Assembly (NCBI GenBank): GCA_002423245.1
Contig: DIVD01000024.1
Span: 29,718 to 93,717, forward strand
From: Rhodobacteraceae bacterium UBA6141
GTDB lineage: Bacteria; Pseudomonadota; Alphaproteobacteria; Rhodobacterales; Rhodobacteraceae
Direction: 5' to 3'
DNA: 64,000 bases
Both the position numbers and the translations under genes were made by a program. Below are positions 28,665 to 39,245 of the stretch, piece by piece (the stretch's first letter is position 1; each line of letters opens with the position of its first letter). The notes below the pieces were generated by a model. It ran no database searches and was not told the origin of the DNA. It saw only the letters and a program-made list of their open reading frames with translations.

Positions 28665-29111
28665 ATGCCCGACGCCCTGCGCTATGCGATGATCATGCTT
28701 GCCGCCGGCATCGGCATCCCGATCCTTGCGGCCCTGAACGCGCAGCTTGGCGTGCGCATCGGCTCACCCCCTGTCGCGGCGGTGGTGCTGTTTTGCGTGG
28801 CGCTTGCGGGCGCGGTGCTGGTGATGCTGCTGACCCACGGCCCTGCCGGGTTTGCCAGACTGCCCGGCCAGCCGCGCCACCTGTTCCTTGCCGGGCTGTT
28901 CGTCGCCTTCTACGTGCTGTCCATCACCTTCGTCGCCCCGCATTTCGGGGTCGGCAACGCGGTGTTCTTCGTGCTGCTCGGCCAGATGATCTCGGCCGCC
29001 GCCATCGACCAGTTCGGGCTTTTCGGCGCGGCGCTGCGGCCGGTCACCCTGATGCGGGGCGCGGGCATCGGCTTCATGGGGCTGGGGCTTTTCCTGATCC
29101 AGCGCGGCTGA
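28665..29111 (+). CDS. DMT-superfamily membrane protein (DUF606/YdcZ-like)
   Basis: 148 aa with 5 hydrophobic segments, including LGQMISAAAIDQFGLFG. ATG 28665 follows AGAGGAG. Confidence 0.7.
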   Translation: MPDALRYAMIMLAAGIGIPILAALNAQLGVRIGSPPVAAVVLFCVALAGAVLVMLLTHGPAGFARLPGQPRHLFLAGLFVAFYVLSITFVAPHFGVGNAVFFVLLGQMISAAAIDQFGLFGAALRPVTLMRGAGIGFMGLGLFLIQRG

Positions 29112-29152
29112 GGTCTTGACCGCAGGGCGCGCGGGCGGCATGACCCCGGCCC

Positions 29153-29908
29153 ATGACCGACCACACCCCCCATGACGATCCCGAGCGCCATGACGATCCC
29201 GAGGGCCATGACGATCCCGGCGGCGCCGCGCCCGGATGGCGCAACTTCTATGGCCGGCGCGCGGGCAAGACCATGCGCCCGGCGCAGAAGTCCTACCTGT
29301 CCGAGGATCTGCAAGCCCTGCGCCCCTTCGGCGTGACGGCCGAGGAAAACCCCGGCCGCGCGCCGCTGGACCTTGCGGCGATCTTCGGCGATGCGCGGCC
29401 GGTCTGGCTCGAGATCGGCTTCGGCGGCGGCGAGCACATGGTCCACATGGCCGCATGCCACCCCGAGGTGGGCATCATCGGCTGCGAGCCCTTCATCAAC
29501 GGGGTCGCCATGCTTCTGGGCAAGATCCGCGCCGCGGGGGTGGGCAACCTCGCGGTGCATCCCGGCGATGTGCGCGAGCTGTTCGACGTGCTGCCCGAAG
29601 ACTCCATCGCGAAGGCCTTCCTGAACTACCCCGACCCCTGGCCCAAACGCCGCCACCATCGCCGCCGCTTCGTCACCCCGGACTACCTCGTGCCCCTGCA
29701 CCGCGCGCTTGCCCCGGGGGCAGAGTTCCGCGTGGCCACCGACATCCCCGACTACATGCGCCAGACGCTGGAAGAGGTGCCGAAGGCGGGATTCGCACTT
29801 GAAGATCACGGGCCAACCCCCTGGGAGGACTGGATCTCCACGCGCTACGAGCAGAAGGCGCTGCGCGAGGGACGCCGGCCCGACTATGCAACCTTCCGCC
29901 GCCTCTGA
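29153..29908 (+). CDS. trmB: tRNA (guanine46-N7)-methyltransferase
   Basis: WLEIGFGGGEHMVHMA...IGCEPFINGV...FLNYPDPWPKRRHHRRRF. The N-terminus carries a (HDDPEx)3 repeat. Confidence 0.88.
   Translation: MTDHTPHDDPERHDDPEGHDDPGGAAPGWRNFYGRRAGKTMRPAQKSYLSEDLQALRPFGVTAEENPGRAPLDLAAIFGDARPVWLEIGFGGGEHMVHMAACHPEVGIIGCEPFINGVAMLLGKIRAAGVGNLAVHPGDVRELFDVLPEDSIAKAFLNYPDPWPKRRHHRRRFVTPDYLVPLHRALAPGAEFRVATDIPDYMRQTLEEVPKAGFALEDHGPTPWEDWISTRYEQKALREGRRPDYATFRRL
29171..29224. repeat. 3 x 18-bp tandem repeat encoding HDDPER/HDDPEG/HDDPGG
   Basis: catgacgatcccgagcgc / catgacgatcccgagggc / catgacgatcccggcggc, in frame within the trmB 5' end. Confidence 0.9.
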
Positions 29909-29925
29909 CCCGCGCCTCCTTCGTG

Positions 29926-29990
29926 CTTCTTGCTGGCGGAAATATCCCGGGGGAGTCGCGGCCCCGCCGCGACGGGGGCAGCGCCCCCTC
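29926..29990 (+). repeat. REP-like intergenic element, copy B
   Basis: cttcttgctggcggaaatatcc is shared with copies A and C. It is followed by hairpins gtcgcgg-ccccg-ccgcgac and gggggc-agc-gccccc. Sits between the convergent trmB and ychF. Confidence 0.75.
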
Positions 29991-29994
29991 TCGT

Positions 29995-31092
29995 TCAGGC
30001 GTTGAACAGGAAGTGCAGCACGTCGCCGTCCTTCACCTCGTAGGTCTTGCCCTCCACCCGGAGCTTGCCCGCCTCGCGCGCGCCGGCCTCGCCCTTGCCG
30101 GCGACGTAATCCTCATAGGCGATGGTCTCGGCCCGGATGAAGCCGCGCTCGAAATCGCCGTGGATCACGCCGGCGGCCTGCGGCGCGAGCGTGCCCTTCG
30201 GGATCGTCCAGGCGCGGGCCTCCTTCGGGCCGACGGTGAAATAGGTCTGAAGGTCCAGCAATTCGTATCCGGCGCGGATCAGCCGGTCGAGCCCTGCCTC
30301 CTCCAGCCCCATCTCGGCCAGGAACATCCGGGCTTCCTCGGGGTCGAGCTGGCTGATCTCCTCCTCGATCCTGGCGGAGATCACCACCGACGCCGCGCCC
30401 TGTTCCGCCGCCATCCTCGCCACGCGCGCGGACTGGCTGTTGCCGGTCGCGGCGGCGGCTTCCTCGACATTGCACACATAAAGCACGGGCTTTGCGGTCA
30501 GCAGTTGCAGCATGTCCCAGGCGCGGCGGTCCTCTGCCGCGACCGTCACGCTGCGGGCCGGGCGGCCGGCCTCCAGCGCGGCCATCGCGGCGCGCAGCAG
30601 CCGGTCCTGATCCAGCGCCTCCTTGTCGCCGCCCTTGATCTTGCGCGCGAGGTTCGCGAGCCGCCGCTCGATGCTTTCGATATCCGCGATCATCAGCTCG
30701 GTCTCGATGGTCTCGGCATCCGCGACCGGGTCGATGCGGCCCTCGACATGGGTCACGTCGCCATCCTCGAAACAGCGCAGCACATGGGCGATGGCGTCCG
30801 TCTCGCGGATATTGGCCAGGAACTGGTTGCCCAGGCCCTCGCCCTTGCTGGCGCCCCGCACGAGCCCCGCGATATCCACGAAGGTCATCCGCGTCGGGAT
30901 GATCTGCCGCGACCCGGCGATCGCGGCCAGCGTTTCCAGCCGCTTGTCCGGGACCGCGACCTCGCCGATATTCGGCTCGATGGTGCAGAACGGGAAGTTG
31001 GCGGCCTGCGCGGCGGCGGTGCGCGTCAGCGCGTTGAAAAGCGTGGACTTGCCGACATTCGGCAGCCCGACGATACCCATCCTGAAGCCCAT
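29995..31092 (-). CDS. ychF: ribosome-binding ATPase YchF
   Basis: [23 protein letters not shown]...FCTIEPN...[22 protein letters not shown]...[13 protein letters not shown] 31092, 365 aa. Confidence 0.93.
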   Translation of the reverse strand: MGFRMGIVGLPNVGKSTLFNALTRTAAAQAANFPFCTIEPNIGEVAVPDKRLETLAAIAGSRQIIPTRMTFVDIAGLVRGASKGEGLGNQFLANIRETDAIAHVLRCFEDGDVTHVEGRIDPVADAETIETELMIADIESIERRLANLARKIKGGDKEALDQDRLLRAAMAALEAGRPARSVTVAAEDRRAWDMLQLLTAKPVLYVCNVEEAAAATGNSQSARVARMAAEQGAASVVISARIEEEISQLDPEEARMFLAEMGLEEAGLDRLIRAGYELLDLQTYFTVGPKEARAWTIPKGTLAPQAAGVIHGDFERGFIRAETIAYEDYVAGKGEAGAREAGKLRVEGKTYEVKDGDVLHFLFNA

Positions 31093-31263
31093 GCCATCCC
31101 CCTGTTCCAGCGGTGGTTCCGCGCCGCTTCTAGGCAGAGCGCCGCGCAGACGCAAGGGAGGGCTCCCGCACGCCCCGCGCCCCCCGACCCCGCCGCCCGC
31201 GGGCCATTGATTTTCGGCACGGATTTCTGCACACCGGGCGCGACCTGAGGAAAAGGACGCCCG

Positions 31264-32055
31264 ATGACCCGGATCGACCAGAAGTTCGCCCAGCTCCGCG
31301 CCGAGGGCCGCAAGGGCTTTGCCGCCTATGTGATGGCGGGCGATCCCGACGCCGCCACCTCGCTTGCGCTGGTGAAGGGACTTCCGGGCGCCGGGGTGGA
31401 TTTCATCGAGCTGGGGATGCCCTTCACCGACCCGATGGCGGACGGCCCCGTCATCCAGCTTGCCGGGCAGCGCGCGCTGGCGGGCGGGCAGACCCTGCAG
31501 CGCACACTGGACATGGTGGCAGAGTTCCGCAAGGGCGACGATACCACCCCGATCGTGATGATGGGCTATTACAACCCGATCTACAGCCGCGGCGTCGACC
31601 GCTTTGTTGCCGATGCGCTGGCAGCGGGCATCGACGGGCTGATCGTGGTCGACCTGCCGCCCGAGGAGGATGCCGAACTGTGCATCCCCGCGCAGGCGGC
31701 GGGGCTGAACTTCATCCGCCTCGCGACGCCCACGACCGACGATGCGCGGCTGCCCAAGGTGCTGCGCAACAGCTCGGGCTTTGTCTATTCCGTGTCGATC
31801 ACCGGCATCACCGGCGCCGCCGCGCCGCAGGCGGCGGACATCGCCCCCGATGTGGCGCGGATCAAGGCCGCGACCGACCTGCCGGTGATGGTCGGCTTCG
31901 GCATCACCACGCCCGAGTCGGCCCAGGCGATCGCCGGCATCGCCGATGGCTGCATCGTCGGCTCGGCCATCGTCAGGCTGATCGGCGAGGGCCGGCCCGT
32001 GGCCGAGGTGCTGGCGCGGGTCGCCGATCTTGCGGCGGGCGCGCACCGGGCCTGA
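31264..32055 (+). CDS. trpA: tryptophan synthase alpha chain
   Basis: [12 protein letters not shown]...[21 protein letters not shown]...[13 protein letters not shown]. Not adjacent to trpB. Confidence 0.92.
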   Translation: MTRIDQKFAQLRAEGRKGFAAYVMAGDPDAATSLALVKGLPGAGVDFIELGMPFTDPMADGPVIQLAGQRALAGGQTLQRTLDMVAEFRKGDDTTPIVMMGYYNPIYSRGVDRFVADALAAGIDGLIVVDLPPEEDAELCIPAQAAGLNFIRLATPTTDDARLPKVLRNSSGFVYSVSITGITGAAAPQAADIAPDVARIKAATDLPVMVGFGITTPESAQAIAGIADGCIVGSAIVRLIGEGRPVAEVLARVADLAAGAHRA

Positions 32056-32092
32056 CCGCCCGCCCCCCGCCCGCCCCCTGCGTCAGCCCGGT

Positions 32093-32866
32093 TCACCCCA
32101 GCGCCACATCCAGGAACATCATCAGCACCAGCCCGCCGATCAGCCCCGCCGTCGCCGCGTTCTGGTGGCCGTGGCGGTGGGTCTCGGGGATGATCTCGTG
32201 GCTGATGACATAGAGCATGGCCCCCGCCGCGAAGGTCAGCCCCCAGGGCAGCAGCGGCGCCGCCAGCGTGACCGCGGCAACCCCGACCAGCCCGCCGAGC
32301 GGTTCCACCAGCCCGGTCAGCAGCGCGATCCCGACGGCTCGGCCGCGGCCATAACCCAGCCCGCGCAGCGCCACCGCGACCGCCAGCCCCTCCGGCGCGT
32401 TCTGCAACCCGATGCCCATGGCCAGCGACAACCCCAGTGCCACGTCACCGCCGCCGAAACCGATGCCGACGGCCATGCCTTCCGGCACGTTGTGGATGGT
32501 GATGGCGATGACGAACAGCCAGATCCGGCCAAGCGCGCCGGGGTCGGCGCCCTCTCGCCCCTCGATGAAATGTTCATGCGGCAGCGATTCGTTCAGAAGG
32601 GCGATGGCTCCGGCGCCAAGCAGGATGCCGCCCGCCGCGATCAACGCCGCGATGGCCTCGCTGCCCGTGCGCGCCGCCGCCGACTCGATCCCCGGCAGGA
32701 TCAGCGAGAAGAACGAGGCCGACAGCATCACCCCCGCCGCGAAACCCAGCAGCACGTCGTTCCAATAGCGCGAGATGTTGCGCCCGAACAGCACCGGCAG
32801 CGCGCCCACCGCGGTCATCATCCCGGCAGCAAGGCTGCCCAGGAACCCCATCATCACGATCGACAT
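32093..32866 (-). CDS. ZIP-family divalent metal transporter (ZupT-like)
   Basis: IAITIHNVPEGMAVGIGF...GIGLQNAPEGLAVAVAL with 8 hydrophobic segments. ATG 32866 follows GAAGGGG. Confidence 0.82.
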   Translation of the reverse strand: MSIVMMGFLGSLAAGMMTAVGALPVLFGRNISRYWNDVLLGFAAGVMLSASFFSLILPGIESAAARTGSEAIAALIAAGGILLGAGAIALLNESLPHEHFIEGREGADPGALGRIWLFVIAITIHNVPEGMAVGIGFGGGDVALGLSLAMGIGLQNAPEGLAVAVALRGLGYGRGRAVGIALLTGLVEPLGGLVGVAAVTLAAPLLPWGLTFAAGAMLYVISHEIIPETHRHGHQNAATAGLIGGLVLMMFLDVALG

Positions 32867-33014
32867 CGACACCCCTTCGCGTTCAGTCGCGGCAGAGTTT
32901 CCTGCGCCGCGGCGGAAGGCAAGGCCCCGCTTGCGCCGCAGGGCGATTGCAGTGGGCGCCATAGATCGCTAACCCCATCTTGCCAATCCGAAGGGAATGC
33001 CGCCATGCCCGTCA

Positions 33015-34168
33015 TCACCAGTATCGAGGATCTGAGGCGCATCCACCGCCGCCGCGTGCCGCGCATGTTCTACGATTACGCGGAATCGGGCAGCTATACC
33101 GAGCAGACCTTCCGCGACAATACCGCCGATTTCGCGCAGATCCGGCTGCGGCAGAAGGTGGCGGTGGACATGTCGAACCGCAGCACCGCCGGCACCATGC
33201 TGGGCGAGGCGGTGACGATGCCCGTCGCGCTGGCGCCCGTGGGGATGACGGGGATGCAATGCGCGGACGGCGAGATCAAGGCCGCCCGCGCCGCCGAGGC
33301 GTTCGGCGTGCCCTTCACGCTCTCGACCATGTCGATCTGCTCGATCGAGGATGTGGCAGCGCAGACGCGAAAGCCGTTCTGGTTCCAGCTTTACGTGATG
33401 CGCGACCAGGATTTCCTGCGCGCGATCATCGAGCGGGCGCGCGCGGCGGGCTGTTCGGCGCTGGTGCTGACGCTGGATCTGCAAATCCTCGGCCAGCGGC
33501 ACAAGGATCTGAAGAACGGCCTGTCGGCGCCGCCGAAGCTGACGCCCGCCACCTTGCTGAACCTTGCAACCAAATGGGGCTGGGGCCGCGAGATGCTGGG
33601 CACGAAGCGGCGGTTCTTCGGCAATATCGTCGGCCATGCCAGGGGCGTCGGCGATGCCTCCTCGCTGATGAACTGGACGGCCGAGCAGTTCGACCCGCAG
33701 CTTGACTGGGGCAAGGTGGCCGCGATCCGCGACATGTGGGGCGGCAAGCTGATCCTGAAGGGCATTCTGGACGCGGACGATGCGCGGCGGGCGGCCGAGT
33801 TCGGGGCCGATGCCATCGTGGTGTCGAACCATGGCGGGCGGCAGCTTGACGGGGCGCTCTCCACCATCCGGATGCTGCCGAAGATGATCGAGGCGGTGGA
33901 CGGGCGCAGCGAGGTCTGGCTCGACAGCGGCATCCGCTCGGGGCAGGACGTGCTGAAGGCGCTGGCGCTTGGCGCGACGGGCACGATGATCGGCCGCGCC
34001 TGGCTCTACGGGCTCGGCGCGATGGGGCAGGCGGGCGTCACCACGGCGCTGGAGGTGATCCGCAAGGAGCTGGACATCTCGATGGCGCTGTGCGGCGAGC
34101 GCGACGTGGCCCGGTTGCGGCGCGAGAACCTGCTGGTGCCCAGGGGATTTTTCGACGCCTACGAGTGA
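33015..34168 (+). CDS. FMN-dependent alpha-hydroxy-acid dehydrogenase (L-lactate dehydrogenase-like)
   Basis: SIEDLRRIHRRRVPRMFYDYAESGSYTE...PFWFQLYVMRD...VVSNHGGRQLDG...DSGIRSGQDV. ATG 33015. Confidence 0.88.
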
Positions 34169-34337
34169 GGGGATCCGCTTTGCGGTTTTCCCGGCGAAAC
34201 ATGGCGCCTGCGATTCGGGCCGCGCCAGCCTTCACGGGCGAAAATCGCTTCCCTTCCCGGCCGGTCCCGTCTATAGGGGCCACCTTGCGGGCATGCACCC
34301 TTGGAGGATGTCCGCGTCATAACCTATGGAGAGACCA

Positions 34338-34943
34338 ATGGCACGTGAGATCCCCGATCTTGTAGCCGAGGTACGGACGGGGACAGGCAAGGGGGCCGCT
34401 CGTCAAGCTCGTCGTGAGGGCTACGTACCCGGTGTTGTTTATGGCGACGGCAAGGAGCCGCTGTCCCTGAACATCAAGTACTACACGCTTCTGAAGAAGC
34501 TCAAGGCAGGGCGCTTCCTGTCAACGCTGTTCAACCTCAAGGTCGAGGGCCAGGACGATGTCCGCGTCATCTGCCGGGGCGTTCAGCGCGATGTCGTGCG
34601 CGACCTTCCGACCCATGTGGACCTGATGCGCCTGCACCGCAATTCGCGCATCAACCTGTTCATCCACGTCAATTTCGAAAATCACGATGCGGCTCCGGGC
34701 CTGAAGCGCGGCGGCACCCTGACCGTCGTGCGCTCCGAGGTCGAGCTGGAAGTAACCGCGGGCGATATCCCCGATCACATCACGGTGGATCTGACCGGCA
34801 GGCAGATCGGCGATGTCATCCACATCGACGACATCGAACTGCCGGCCGGCGCCGCCCCCACGATCAAGCGCAACTTCGTCGTCGCCAATGTGACCGCGCC
34901 CTCGGGCCTGATCGCGGCCGAAGCTGCCGAAGCCGAGGCGTGA
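34338..34943 (+). CDS. rplY: 50S ribosomal protein L25/general stress protein Ctc
   Basis: [26 protein letters not shown]...HVDLMRL. ATG 34338 follows GGAGAG. Confidence 0.88.
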   Translation: MAREIPDLVAEVRTGTGKGAARQARREGYVPGVVYGDGKEPLSLNIKYYTLLKKLKAGRFLSTLFNLKVEGQDDVRVICRGVQRDVVRDLPTHVDLMRLHRNSRINLFIHVNFENHDAAPGLKRGGTLTVVRSEVELEVTAGDIPDHITVDLTGRQIGDVIHIDDIELPAGAAPTIKRNFVVANVTAPSGLIAAEAAEAEA

Positions 34944-34984
34944 CCGCCTGATCAATGCGCTCCGCGCCTCGCGGAGCAACCGGC

Positions 34985-35013
34985 GGGGGCCTTCCGGGGC
35001 CCCCGTTCGCGTT
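34985..35013 (+). terminator. possible terminator after rplY
   Basis: gggggcc-ttccgg-ggccccc followed by gttcgcgtttc. An 8-bp hairpin gctccgcg-cct-cgcggagc lies just upstream (34959-34977). The U-tract is poor. Confidence 0.35.
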
Positions 35014-35162
35014 TCGGGCCGCGGGCGGAGACGCTCGGCAGCGGCTCGGCCAGCGTCAGCCCGGGCGGGCCCGTTTCGAAGTTTCCTCATCTCCGGGCTT
35101 GATGCGGAGGCGGTTCAGGGTCAGATACAGGGGCAGGCGCGGGCGGCCGCGCGCGCCTGGGC

Positions 35163-35193
35163 GGCAGCGAGGGGCAGCGAGGGGCAGGGCAGG
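35163..35193. repeat. 3 x 10-bp tandem repeat (GGCAGCGAGG) abutting the pth start
   Basis: ggcagcgagg / ggcagcgagg / ggcagggcagg, ending 2 nt before ATG 35196. Purine-rich, so it doubles as the RBS region. Confidence 0.8.
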
Positions 35194-35195
35194 AC

Positions 35196-35924
35196 ATGCG
35201 GCTTTTCGTCGGGCTGGGAAATCCGGGCGCGAAATACGCGCAGAACCGGCACAATATCGGCTTCATGGCGCTGGACCGGATCGCGGCGGATCACGGCTTC
35301 GGCCCTTGGCGCGCCCGCTTTCAGGGGCAGGCGGCCGAGGGGATGCTGGGCGGCGAGAAGGTGGTGCTGCTCAAGCCCGGCACCTTCATGAACCTCTCGG
35401 GCCAGTCGGTGGGCGAGGCGATGCGCTTCTACAAGCTCGCGCCCTCCGACGTGACCGTGCTGCATGACGAGTTGGACCTCGCCCCCGGCAAATGCCGCTG
35501 CAAGACCGGCGGCGGCCATGCCGGGCATAACGGGCTGCGATCCATCCACGCGCATATCGGCGAGGCCTATCACCGGGTGCGGCTTGGCATCGGCCATCCG
35601 GGGCACAAGGACCGGGTGACGGGCCATGTGCTGTCCGATTTCGCCAAGGCCGACCAGCAATGGCTGGACGACCTGCTGCGCGGCCTGTCCGATGGCGCGC
35701 CAGCACTGGCCGCCGGGGACAGCGCGCGCTTCCTCAACGCGGTGGCGCTGCGCACGGCGCCGTCCCGTTCCGGCGCGGGGACGGGCATGGGCACGGGCAT
35801 GGGCGCGGGCGCGGGCGCGGGGAGCGAGCCTGCGACGCCCGCCAGACCCGCCGAGCCGGAGCACCTGCCCGAGCCGGACCCGCCCCGCAGCGCGCTGCGG
35901 CGGCTCGCCGACCGTTTTCGCTGA
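35196..35924 (+). CDS. pth: peptidyl-tRNA hydrolase
   Basis: [27 protein letters not shown]...[12 protein letters not shown]. The C-terminal tail ([15 protein letters not shown]) is encoded by 6/12-bp repeats around 35786..35825. Confidence 0.92.
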   Translation: MRLFVGLGNPGAKYAQNRHNIGFMALDRIAADHGFGPWRARFQGQAAEGMLGGEKVVLLKPGTFMNLSGQSVGEAMRFYKLAPSDVTVLHDELDLAPGKCRCKTGGGHAGHNGLRSIHAHIGEAYHRVRLGIGHPGHKDRVTGHVLSDFAKADQQWLDDLLRGLSDGAPALAAGDSARFLNAVALRTAPSRSGAGTGMGTGMGAGAGAGSEPATPARPAEPEHLPEPDPPRSALRRLADRFR

Positions 35925-35935
35925 AAGGACAGCCG

Positions 35936-36307
35936 ATGATCCCGGAACCTTCGATCAACGTGCTTGGCGGCCCGCTGGAGCCCTGCTCCACCGCGCCGAT
36001 GACCGGCTTCTTCCGGGATGGCCGCTGCAACACCTGCGCCGCCGATACCGGCAGCCATAGCGTCTGCGTCATCGTGACGGCCGAGTTTCTGGCCTGGTCC
36101 AAATATGTCGGCAATGACCTGACCACCCCGCGCCCCGAATACCGCTTCGCGGGGCTGAGGCCGGGGGACAGCTGGTGCCTTTGTGCCAGCCGCTTCGTGC
36201 AGGCGCATGACGAGGGCTGCGCGCCGCTGGTGCGGCTGAGCGCCACGCATCTGCGTGCGCTGGACCTGGTGCCGCTCGAGGTGCTGGAGGTTTACGCCGA
36301 CAGCTAG
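35936..36307 (+). CDS. DUF2237 family protein
   Basis: NVLGGPLEPCSTAPMTGFFRDGRCNT...GSHSVCVIVTAEFLAWSKYVGNDLTTP...GDSWCLCASRF. ATG 35936 follows AAAGGA. Confidence 0.75.
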   Translation: MIPEPSINVLGGPLEPCSTAPMTGFFRDGRCNTCAADTGSHSVCVIVTAEFLAWSKYVGNDLTTPRPEYRFAGLRPGDSWCLCASRFVQAHDEGCAPLVRLSATHLRALDLVPLEVLEVYADS

Positions 36308-36353
36308 CCGGCGCCCGGCGGCTCGCGAAATCCGGTCCGGCGCGGGCACGCCG

Positions 36354-37586
<1,233 letters not shown>

Positions 37587-37672
37587 GGCTCGTCCTTCCG
37601 TTGGCATCTGCTGATCTAGCGCCCCGGCCGCGCGGGGTAAAGGCGCAGGCGCCGGTCGGGCCGGCACCCCGG

Positions 37673-38320
37673 TCATCCGGCCGCCGCGATGAAGGCGGCG
37701 ATGGCGGCGGGGTCCTTGATGCCCGGCGCGGACTCGACGCCCGAGGACACATCGACCTGCCGCGCGCCGGTCAGCCGCACCGCCTCTGCCACGTTCTGCG
37801 GCGTCAGCCCGCCCGCCAGCATCCAGGGCCGCTGCCACGCGCGCCCCGCGATCAGCCGCCAGTCGAAGGCAAGGCCATTGCCGCCGGGCAGCGCGGTGCC
37901 TTTGGGGGGCTTGGCGTCGATCAGGATCTGGTCGGCCACCCCGGCATGGTCGGCGATCGCGGCAAGGTCGGCCGCGTCCGCGACCCCCACCGCCTTCATC
38001 ACCGGCAGGCCGAAGCGGGCGCGCAGCTCTGCCACGCGCGCCGGGCTCTCGTGGCCATGAAGCTGCAGCATGTCCAGCGGCACCTCCCGCAGGATCGCCT
38101 CCAGCGTCGCGTCGTCGGCATCGACGACCAGACCGACCCTGGCCACGCCCACCGGCACCCGCAGCGCCAGCGCAGCCGCCTGCGGCAGCGTCAGGTGGCG
38201 CGGAGAGCGCGGGAAGAACACGAAGCCCATATAGGCCGCGCCCGCCCGTGCGGCGGCATCGACATGGGCGGCCTCGGTCAGGCCGCAGATCTTGACGCGG
38301 GTGTTGGCGGCGGCATCCAT
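37673..38320 (-). CDS. trpF: N-(5'-phosphoribosyl)anthranilate isomerase
   Basis: [35 protein letters not shown]...LQLHG...[10 protein letters not shown]. Confidence 0.9.
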   Translation of the reverse strand: MDAAANTRVKICGLTEAAHVDAAARAGAAYMGFVFFPRSPRHLTLPQAAALALRVPVGVARVGLVVDADDATLEAILREVPLDMLQLHGHESPARVAELRARFGLPVMKAVGVADAADLAAIADHAGVADQILIDAKPPKGTALPGGNGLAFDWRLIAGRAWQRPWMLAGGLTPQNVAEAVRLTGARQVDVSSGVESAPGIKDPAAIAAFIAAAG

Positions 38321-38329
38321 GCCCGGGTT

Positions 38330-38692
38330 CTACCGCGTGCGGGCGCCGTCCTCAAGCAGCGCAAGCACCTCGTCCCGGGGGCCGGTCTTGCCGTCCTGCA
38401 GCCGGTTCACCTCGGATTTCAGCCGCGCCGCCTCGCGCCGGTGCCGGGTGGCGGCGTTGCGATGCCTGGCCTCGCGCGCCCATTCCCAGACGAAGCCGAT
38501 CGCGAGCCCCGCGAGGATCCCGGCAAGGATCACCAGAAACAGCGGCAACTGGATCGCCCAGTCGAGGCCCAGGAACCGCCCCGCCTCCTCGGGCAGCAGC
38601 CGCAGCGTCACCGGCGCGCGGTTCGCCAGTGCCACCGTCAGCAGCACGACGGCCAGAAGCCCCAGAAGCGCCAGTCGCAGCAGCCTGATCAT
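38330..38692 (-). CDS. LapA-domain (DUF1049) inner-membrane protein
   Basis: [28 protein letters not shown]...[20 protein letters not shown], then a basic coiled tail. Sits directly downstream of ihfB, as lapA does in many proteobacteria. ATG 38692. Confidence 0.7.
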   Translation of the reverse strand: MIRLLRLALLGLLAVVLLTVALANRAPVTLRLLPEEAGRFLGLDWAIQLPLFLVILAGILAGLAIGFVWEWAREARHRNAATRHRREAARLKSEVNRLQDGKTGPRDEVLALLEDGARTR

Positions 38693-38696
38693 CGCT

Positions 38697-38981
38697 CTAT
38701 TCCTCGCCGTTGAGCCGGTCCCGCAGCAGCTTGCCGGTCTTGAAGAAGGGCACATGCTTCTTCTCTACCGCAACGGCCTCGCCGGTGCGCGGGTTCCGTC
38801 CGGTGCGCGCGTCGCGGCTCTTGACGGAAAATGCGCCGAAGCCGCGCAGTTCGACCCGGTCGCCCCGCGCCATCGCCTCGGTGATCTCTTCGAAGATCGT
38901 GTTCACGATCCGCTCCACATCCCGCTGAAACAGATGCGGGTTCTCTTCGGCAATCATCTGGATCAGTTCGGACCGGATCAT
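38697..38981 (-). CDS. ihfB: integration host factor beta subunit
   Basis: [70 protein letters not shown]. Confidence 0.93.
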   Translation of the reverse strand: MIRSELIQMIAEENPHLFQRDVERIVNTIFEEITEAMARGDRVELRGFGAFSVKSRDARTGRNPRTGEAVAVEKKHVPFFKTGKLLRDRLNGEE

Positions 38982-39196
38982 GTGAATCCCTCTGCAGTCG
39001 CGGCAGCCCCCGCCGTGTGCGCGACTATAGGGGCAAACCTCGCGGGCTCAAACAGGAAAGCCATTGGAAAAGCGCGGGTTTCCCCGTGATCCGCAGAGAG
39101 TCGCCCACGGCCGGGCTGCGGCCTGCCATGCTGCGGCGCGGAACGGGTGCCGCGCGGTCGCGCAGGGGCCCCGATTCGGCGGGCAGAACGCAAGAC

Positions 39197-39221
39197 GGCC
39201 CCACCCGGCAAGGGTGGGGCC
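39197..39221 (-). terminator. rho-independent-type terminator after rpsA
   Basis: ggccccaccc-ggcaa-gggtggggcc is a perfect 10-bp stem 25 nt downstream of the rpsA stop. On the minus strand it is followed by gtcttgcgttctg. Confidence 0.55.
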
Positions 39222-39245
39222 GCCCGCGTCCCCCTGCAGCCGGGG

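Noticed and set aside
31220-31241. Inverted repeat CGGATTTC-N-CCGGGCGC at both proposed inversion breakpoints, as evidence for site-specific recombination.
   Set aside because: It is only 16 matched bases with different spacing. CCGGGCGC is trivial in this GC content, and CGGATTTC recurs at 63671 and 63682. Mentioned as a caveat only.
32867-33014. Looked for a Zur box upstream of the ZIP transporter.
   Set aside because: No AT-rich palindrome is present, and the spacer is GC-rich throughout.
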